This document shows positions 57,767 to 64,000 of a stretch of DNA of 64,000 nucleotides, in pieces. Position 1 is the first letter of the stretch. Each line of letters begins with the position of its first letter. The stretch comes from Gemmatimonadales bacterium (lineage in GTDB: Bacteria; Gemmatimonadota; Gemmatimonadetes; Gemmatimonadales; GWC2-71-9). Where the stretch lies: positions 67,375 through 131,374 of the forward strand of contig DASUJH010000024.1 of NCBI GenBank assembly GCA_036279355.1. The letters are read 5' to 3'. The translations under genes and the position numbers were made by a program. The notes below the pieces were generated by a model. The model made no database searches. It was given only the letters and a program-made list of their open reading frames with translations, and was not told where the DNA came from.

Positions 57767-58867
57767 CTACTTCGCGACGGATCGGCCGCTCTTTGCAGCC
57801 GCCGGCGCAATCAAAGCCCGTACAACCAGCGCGCCGAACTCACGCGTGCCGACGCTCGGCTCGCCTGGGCGCGCGAGGTCGCGGGTGCGGACACCCTCGT
57901 CGAGAACCCGCCGGATGGCGCCCTCTACCAGGTCCGCCGCTTCGGTCAGGCCGAGGCCGTGACGAAGCAGCAGCGCCGCCGACGCGATCGCTCCGATCGG
58001 ATTGGCGATGCCCGTTCCCGCAATGTCAGGCGCGGAGCCGTGGACCGGCTCGAACAGGCCCGCGCCGCCGCCGAGCGATGCCGACGGCAGGAGACCGAGG
58101 GAGCCGGCGAGCACCGCGGCCTCGTCGCTCAGGATGTCGCCGAACATGTTCTCTGTGACCAGCACGTCGATGGCGGCCGGCTGCGCCACGAGCCGCATCG
58201 CGGCAAAGTCCACGTAGAGGTGCTCCAGCCTCACGTCGGGATACTCGGCTCCGATGCGGGTCAGGGTTTCGCGCCAGAGCTGGGAAACCTCGAGCACGTT
58301 GGCCTTGTCGACGGAGGTCACCTGGCGCCGGCGGGTCCGCGCGGCCTCGAATGCGACGCGCGCCACCCGCTCGATCTCCCCGACCGTGTAGCGCAGCGTG
58401 TTGACTGCGGCGACATCGTCGCGCCCGCGAGGCTCTCCGTAGTAGAGTCCGCCGGTGAGCTCACGCACGATCAGCAGGTCGACGCCGGCGAGTCGCTCGG
58501 GCCGGAGCGGCGAGGCGTGCGCGAGCCCCGGGTGCACCGCCACCGGCCGCAGGTTGGCAAAGGCGCCGAGCGACTTGCGCAGTGCCAGGAGCCCGGCCTC
58601 GGGCCGATGCTGGCGTGGCGCCTGGTCCATCGCCGGATCGCCGACGGCGCCGAGGAGCACGGCATCCGCATCCCCGACGGCGGCCCGCGTGGCCGGCGGG
58701 AAGGGGTCGCCAAGCTCACGGTACGCGCGCGCGCCGATCGGGAATTCGGGCGTCTCGAATCGATGATCGAACAGTTCCGCCACGGCCCGGAGCACCCGAA
58801 CGGCCTCCGCCGTCACCTCGGGCCCGATGCCGTCGCCGGGGAGCACGGCGATGGTGCAGGTGCTCAT
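57767..58867 (-). CDS. leuB: 3-isopropylmalate dehydrogenase
   Basis: [70 protein letters not shown]. Confidence 0.96.
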   Translation of the reverse strand: MSTCTIAVLPGDGIGPEVTAEAVRVLRAVAELFDHRFETPEFPIGARAYRELGDPFPPATRAAVGDADAVLLGAVGDPAMDQAPRQHRPEAGLLALRKSLGAFANLRPVAVHPGLAHASPLRPERLAGVDLLIVRELTGGLYYGEPRGRDDVAAVNTLRYTVGEIERVARVAFEAARTRRRQVTSVDKANVLEVSQLWRETLTRIGAEYPDVRLEHLYVDFAAMRLVAQPAAIDVLVTENMFGDILSDEAAVLAGSLGLLPSASLGGGAGLFEPVHGSAPDIAGTGIANPIGAIASAALLLRHGLGLTEAADLVEGAIRRVLDEGVRTRDLARPGEPSVGTREFGALVVRALIAPAAAKSGRSVAK

Positions 58868-58991
58868 GCAGCGCCGTGCTGGCTGCAGCGACCGGCGGTG
58901 GTCCACCGCCGCCAGGTTATATTGCGCGGGTCCATTCCCTCTCCTTCCATGCAGCCCATACGACGGCGCCCGACGTTGGTGTGACCCATCG

Positions 58992-60443
58992 ATGAGCGCG
59001 GACGCCGCACGCGAGCCGCTCCCGTCGCCGATCGCGACGTCCGCCGACGCCTCCGTCCAGGCCAAGCGCGGCCTCCGCCGCGTGATGGGGCTGAGCGACG
59101 TCGTGCTCTTCTTCATCGCGGCGGTCGTCGGCCCGCGCTGGATCGCGGTCGCCGCGGCGGCCGGGCCGAGCTCGCTCGTAGTATGGTTCATCGCCGGACT
59201 CACGTTCTTCATCCCGCACGCGTTCACCGTCATCGAGCTCTCGTCCCGCTATCCGGAACAGGGCGGCATTTACGTCTGGAGCAAGCGCGCATTCGGTGAC
59301 TTCGCGGGCTTCCTCACCGGCTGGATGTACTGGACCAGCAACCTCGTCTACTTCCCCGGCTTGCTTTACTTCGCCGCCGGCAACGCGCTCTTCATCGGCG
59401 GCGCCAGTTGGCAGGCGCTGTCCGGCTCGGCGACGTACTTCATCATCGCGTCGCTGGTGATGCTCGCCGTTGCCGTGGGGCTCAACCTGATCGGCCTTGA
59501 TGTCGGCAAGTGGCTGCAGAATGCCGGCGCGTTCGGCACCTGGATTCCGGTCGCGATTCTGGTCGTGCTGGGCGGATTCGCGTGGATCCATTTCGGCGCC
59601 GCCGCGCCGATCAACCCGCACACGCTCGCGCCCAGCTTTCGGTTGAAGGACCTGGTCTTCTGGTCCACGCTCGCCTTCGGCTTCGGCGGCCTCGAGTCGG
59701 CGTCGCTCATGAGCGAGGAGATCCACGACGCTCGGCGCACCGTGCCGCGCGCCATCGTGATCGCCGGCGTGATGATAGCCGCCATCTACATCCTCGGCAC
59801 GCTGGCCATCGTGCTCGCGCTTCCGCCCGGCGAGGCCACGGGGCTGCAAGGGATCATGCAGGCGGTGCAGCAGACGGCCCGGCGCGGCGGCGTGGCGGGT
59901 ATCGCGCCTGTCGTGGCGTTGCTCATCACGATCGGCAGCATCGGCGGGGTGGGTGCGTGGACGGCGTCGACCGCGCGGCTCCCGTTCGTGGCCGGCATCG
60001 ACAGTTACCTGCCACCGGTGTTCGGGCGCCTCCACCCCAAATGGGCCACGCCGTACGTGGCGATGCTGGTCCAGGCCGTGGTCGCCGGTTGCTTTGCGGT
60101 GCTCGGGCAGGCGGGGGCCTCGGTCAAGAACGCCTATGATTTCCTGGTGAGCATGGGCGTGATCTCGTTCTTCATTCCCTACCTTTTCATGTTCGCCTCG
60201 CTCATCCGGGTGCAGAGCGTACCGGCCCCGCCGGGCACACAGCGCGTGCCCGGCGGATCGGGAGTGGCACGGGTGCTGGGCGGGCTCGGATTCCTGGTCA
60301 CGGCCGGGTCGATCGTGCTCTCGTTCATTCCCGCGGCCGACGATCCGCACCCGACGCTCACGGTGGTGAAGATCGCCGTGGCAACGTCCATCGTGGTGGG
60401 CACCGGCGCGCTGCTCTACGCGCGGGGACGACGTCACGTCTGA
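58992..60443 (+). CDS. APC-family amino acid transporter
   Basis: [50 protein letters not shown]; about 12 TM. Confidence 0.9.
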   Translation: MSADAAREPLPSPIATSADASVQAKRGLRRVMGLSDVVLFFIAAVVGPRWIAVAAAAGPSSLVVWFIAGLTFFIPHAFTVIELSSRYPEQGGIYVWSKRAFGDFAGFLTGWMYWTSNLVYFPGLLYFAAGNALFIGGASWQALSGSATYFIIASLVMLAVAVGLNLIGLDVGKWLQNAGAFGTWIPVAILVVLGGFAWIHFGAAAPINPHTLAPSFRLKDLVFWSTLAFGFGGLESASLMSEEIHDARRTVPRAIVIAGVMIAAIYILGTLAIVLALPPGEATGLQGIMQAVQQTARRGGVAGIAPVVALLITIGSIGGVGAWTASTARLPFVAGIDSYLPPVFGRLHPKWATPYVAMLVQAVVAGCFAVLGQAGASVKNAYDFLVSMGVISFFIPYLFMFASLIRVQSVPAPPGTQRVPGGSGVARVLGGLGFLVTAGSIVLSFIPAADDPHPTLTVVKIAVATSIVVGTGALLYARGRRHV

Positions 60444-61048
60444 TTCTGCGCGCTGACGAGCCGCCGCTCGTACGCGGCGATCCGCGGCTCCTCCCTGAGC
60501 GTCATCCCGATCTCGTCAAGCCCCGCGAGCAGCATTCCTCGGCGATACGGATCCATCGCGAAATCGGCTACGAAGCCGGTCGGGTCGGTGACACGGCACG
60601 CCTCGAGATCCACCGTGACGGTGTAGCCGCCCGCGGCAGCGGGCGCGGCAGCCCTGGCGAGGAGCGTTGCGATCTCCTCCGGCGTGAGTCGCACCGGGAG
60701 CAGCCCGTTCTGGCAGCAGTTGTTGTAGAAGATGTCGGCGAACGAAGGCGCGAGGATAGCGCGGAAACCATATTCGCCGAGCGCCCACGGGGCATGCTCG
60801 CGGCTCGACCCGCAGCCGAAGTTCTCACCCGCGACGAGGATGGTGGCGCCTCGCGCACGCGGGTGGTTCAGCTCGAATGCCGGGTCGGGCGTGCCATCCG
60901 GGCGATGCCGCCAATCGTTGAACAGGAACTCGCCGAATCCGGTGCGCTCGACGCGCTTCAGGAACTGCTTCGGAATGATCTGATCGGTGTCGACGTTCAC
61001 GCGCGGCAGTGCCGCCGCGCGCCCGGTGTGCACGGTAAATGGCCTCAT
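60434..61048 (-). CDS. leuD: 3-isopropylmalate dehydratase small subunit
   Basis: [47 protein letters not shown]. Confidence 0.96.
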   Translation of the reverse strand: MRPFTVHTGRAAALPRVNVDTDQIIPKQFLKRVERTGFGEFLFNDWRHRPDGTPDPAFELNHPRARGATILVAGENFGCGSSREHAPWALGEYGFRAILAPSFADIFYNNCCQNGLLPVRLTPEEIATLLARAAAPAAAGGYTVTVDLEACRVTDPTGFVADFAMDPYRRGMLLAGLDEIGMTLREEPRIAAYERRLVSAQNQT

Positions 61049-62451
61049 GCCAGGAGCTCCCGCACGTCGGTAAGCGCGCCAGCAATGGCGGCCGCGGCGG
61101 CCATCTCGGGGCTCATCAGGTGGGTCCGGCCGCCCTTGCCCTGCCGTCCCTCGAAGTTGCGGTTGGACGTCGATGCGCAGCGCTCGCCGACCCCCAACAC
61201 GTCGTCATTCATGCCGAGGCACATCGAGCAGCCCGCGTTGCGCCACTCGAAGCCCGCCGCCCGGAAGATCCGGTCAAGTCCCTCGCGCTCGGCGTCCGTC
61301 TTGATCCGCATCGAGCCGGGTACGGCCATCGCCCGGACGCCGGGTGCCACCCTGCGGCCCTCGATAACGCGCGCGGCGGCTCGCAGATCGTCCAGCCGTC
61401 CGTTGGTGCAGGAGCCGACGAAGACGCGATCGACCGGCACGCCCTCGAGCGGCGTGCCGGGGGCGAGCCCCATGTATTCGAGCGCGCGCTCGACGGCCCT
61501 GCGGTCGCCCTCCGCGGCGAACGCATCGGGGCTCGGCACCCGGGCCGTGATGTCTCCGACCATGCCGGGGTTGGTGCCCCAGGTGACCTGCGGCGCGAGC
61601 GCCCTCGTGTCGAGCTCGACTACGCGGTCGTAGCGCGCACCGGCATCGGTCGCGAGCTCGCGCCACTCGGCCACGGCCTCGCGCCACGCAGTACCGCCGG
61701 GAGCGCGGGCCCGCCCTTCGAGCCATGCGAACGTCACGTCATCCGGCGCGATCATGCCGGCGCGCGCGCCCGCCTCGATCGACATGTTGCACACGGTCAT
61801 CCGGCCTTCCATCGAGAGCGCGCGGACCGCGTCGCCGGTGTACTCGATCACGTACCCAGCCGCGCCGCCGGTGCCGATCGTCCCGATGAGCGCGAGGATC
61901 AGATCCTTCGCCGTAACGCCGGCAGCGGGCCGCCCGGTGAAACGCACCTCCATCGTGCGTGGCCGCGCCTGCACCAGGCACTGGGTGGCGAGCACGTGCT
62001 CGACCTCGCTCGTGCCGATGCCGAAGGCGAGCGCGCCGAACGCGCCGTGGGTCGACGTATGCGAGTCGCCGCAGACGATCGTCATCCCGGGCTGCGTGGC
62101 GCCCATCTCGGGGCCGATCACGTGCACGATGCCCTGCCCCGGGGAGCCGAGCCCGAACAGCTCGACCGCGAACTCGCGCGCGTTCCGCTCCAGCGCGGAG
62201 ACCTGGCGAGCGGACACGGGATCGGCAATCGGCAAGCTGCGGTCGCCGGTCGAAATGTTGTGGTCGACCGTCGCGAGCGTACGTTCGGGCCGCCGTACCC
62301 GGCGCCCGGCGAGCCGGAGCCCGTCGAACGCCTGCGGTGAGGTGACCTCGTGCACCAGGTGCAGATCGATGTAGAGCAACGCCGGGCCGTCGGCCGGCTG
62401 ATGCACGACGTGCGGAGCCCAGACCTTCTCGAACAGCGTCCGGGCGGTCAT
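61045..62451 (-). CDS. leuC: 3-isopropylmalate dehydratase large subunit
   Basis: [67 protein letters not shown]. Confidence 0.97.
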   Translation of the reverse strand: MTARTLFEKVWAPHVVHQPADGPALLYIDLHLVHEVTSPQAFDGLRLAGRRVRRPERTLATVDHNISTGDRSLPIADPVSARQVSALERNAREFAVELFGLGSPGQGIVHVIGPEMGATQPGMTIVCGDSHTSTHGAFGALAFGIGTSEVEHVLATQCLVQARPRTMEVRFTGRPAAGVTAKDLILALIGTIGTGGAAGYVIEYTGDAVRALSMEGRMTVCNMSIEAGARAGMIAPDDVTFAWLEGRARAPGGTAWREAVAEWRELATDAGARYDRVVELDTRALAPQVTWGTNPGMVGDITARVPSPDAFAAEGDRRAVERALEYMGLAPGTPLEGVPVDRVFVGSCTNGRLDDLRAAARVIEGRRVAPGVRAMAVPGSMRIKTDAEREGLDRIFRAAGFEWRNAGCSMCLGMNDDVLGVGERCASTSNRNFEGRQGKGGRTHLMSPEMAAAAAIAGALTDVRELLA

Positions 62452-63578
62452 CGCGAGGCGGTGACGCGATCGGCCGGGCGGGCGGTCTGGCGGTCGGCGG
62501 CGCCGCCGGTGTGCGGCGCGGCATCCGCCGCACCGGCCGTCGGCGCGTTTGACCGATCCGCCGCCTTCCCTTCCTCCGACCACGGCATCATCGCCCGGAG
62601 CTTCTCGCCCACCACCTCGATGGTGTGATCGCGGTCTTCCTGCCGCATGCGATCGAAGTTGCGCCGCCCCGCGCGATTCTCCGCGAGCCACTCGCGGGCG
62701 AAGCGCCCATCCTGGATTTCGCCGAGGATGCGCTGCATCTCGGCCCGGGTCTCATCGGTGATGAGCCGCGGCCCGCGGGTGTAGTCGCCGTACTCGGCCG
62801 TGTCGCTGATCGAGTAGCGCATGAACTGCATGCCGCCCCGATACATCAGGTCGACGATGAGCTTGAGCTCGTGGAGACATTCGAAGTACGCCATTTCGGG
62901 CGAGTAGCCCGCCGCGACCAGCGTCTCGAACCCGGCCTTGATGAGCGCGGTGGCGCCGCCACAGAGCACCGCCTGCTCGCCGAAAAGGTCGGTCTCCGTT
63001 TCCTCGCGGAAGCTCGTCTCGATCACGCCGGCGCGAGTGCAGCCGATGCCCGATGCGTACGCCAGCGCGTTGGCGAGCGCCTGCCCGCTCGCGTCCTGAT
63101 GGACTGCGACGAGCCCCGGTACCCCGCGTCCTGCCTCGAACTCGCTCCGCACGAGATGCCCCGGCGATTTGGGCGCCACCATCGACACATCGACGCCCTC
63201 CGGCGGCACGATCTCGCCGTAGTGGATGTTGAACCCGTGGGCGAACATCAGCGTGTCGCCGGAACGCATGCCGGGAGCCACGTCGCGCTCGTAGATCGCC
63301 CGCATGTCCTGGTCGGGCACGAGCAGCACGATGGTGTCGGCCGCCGCGGCGGCCTCGGCGACAGGCCGCACATCGAGGCCGGCTGCCTGCGCGCGCGCCC
63401 AGGATTCGCCGCCGGGCCGAAGCCCCACGACGACCTTCGCCCCGCTCTCCCGCAGGTTGAGCGCGTGGGCATGACCCTGACTGCCGAACCCGATCACCGC
63501 AAAGCGGCGGCCGGCGAGTCGGGCGCGGTCCGCGTCCCGATCGTAGTAGACTCGCACCGACGGCGCGGGGGCGTTCAT
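62448..63578 (-). CDS. ilvC: Ketol-acid reductoisomerase
   Basis: [72 protein letters not shown]. Confidence 0.97.
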   Translation of the reverse strand: MNAPAPSVRVYYDRDADRARLAGRRFAVIGFGSQGHAHALNLRESGAKVVVGLRPGGESWARAQAAGLDVRPVAEAAAAADTIVLLVPDQDMRAIYERDVAPGMRSGDTLMFAHGFNIHYGEIVPPEGVDVSMVAPKSPGHLVRSEFEAGRGVPGLVAVHQDASGQALANALAYASGIGCTRAGVIETSFREETETDLFGEQAVLCGGATALIKAGFETLVAAGYSPEMAYFECLHELKLIVDLMYRGGMQFMRYSISDTAEYGDYTRGPRLITDETRAEMQRILGEIQDGRFAREWLAENRAGRRNFDRMRQEDRDHTIEVVGEKLRAMMPWSEEGKAADRSNAPTAGAADAAPHTGGAADRQTARPADRVTASR

Positions 63579-64000
63579 GATACCGTCTCCGAAGACATGG
63601 GAAGAGGGATGCCGGGGGTGGCGTCGCGCTCGAGCGCGACGGCCCCGCTGCGCGCGAGCTCGAGCACCTCAAACCGCTCCAGCGCACGCAGGAACGAAAG
63701 CACGAATGCGTCCGAGCCGCTCACCTCGAAAATGATCGAGTCGGCCGACTCGTCGGCGATGGTCGCCTTGTAGAGGAGCGCCACGTCGAGGAGCTCCGCA
63801 TAGCGGCGCGGTGCCACCCGCACCTTGACCAGCGCCAGCTCGCGTGCAATGCCCTCGCGCGCCGGATAAGCGACGGCCTCATGCACGCCCACAACCTTGT
63901 GGAGCTGGCGCGCCATCCGGTCCGCGGTCGCCTCGTCGGTCTCTAACATGATCGTAAGCCTCGCAACACCGGGCGTGGCGCTCGACCCCACCGCGATGCT
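63575..64000 (-). CDS. ilvN: Acetolactate synthase small subunit (partial; N-terminus beyond window)
   Basis: [48 protein letters not shown]; upstream ACT-domain start not in window. Confidence 0.85.
   Translation of the reverse strand, partial: SIAVGSSATPGVARLTIMLETDEATADRMARQLHKVVGVHEAVAYPAREGIARELALVKVRVAPRRYAELLDVALLYKATIADESADSIIFEVSGSDAFVLSFLRALERFEVLELARSGAVALERDATPGIPLPMSSETVS

Noticed and set aside
1-64000. CRISPR array, prophage, transposon, toxin-antitoxin, restriction or other defence island
   Set aside because: Read for regular repeats, Cas/integrase/transposase/methylase motifs and found none; nearly all ORFs with recognisable motifs are metabolic, respiratory or regulatory.

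Overview
High-GC bacterial chromosomal window, densely packed with genes. Gene content suggests Gemmatimonadota or a relative, but this is inference only. No CRISPR array, rRNA, transposase or prophage was recognised. Main blocks: partial APC permease; TonB/ExbB/ExbD/ExbD cluster; MarR-VOC pair; kinase-regulator-kinase operon; SOD-peroxiredoxin pair; orphan mreB; small PilZ/Flp-like/receiver region; one tRNA-Ala(TGC); near-complete heme operon (hemB-L-G-C-D-E-F); a SoxY-SoxZ-MBL-rhodanese operon with a divergent ArsR regulator; a compact four-gene locus that looks like bacterial sphingolipid/ceramide synthesis (serine palmitoyltransferase, GNAT-like acyltransferase, NAD-dependent reductase, Aur1/PAP2-like head-group transferase); ECF sigma/anti-sigma; Alternative Complex III (ActA-F); PilT-like ATPase; an ABC importer pair without a binding protein; dinB; glnA-PII-ilvD; and ilvN-ilvC-leuC-leuD plus leuB. 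The strongest candidates for follow-up are the sphingolipid locus (29.2-33.4 kb) and the minimal SoxYZ/MBL/rhodanese module (25.7-29.1 kb). Many very long ORFs in the supplied track are GC-driven antisense artefacts. All family calls come from reading sequence motifs by eye; no database search was run.
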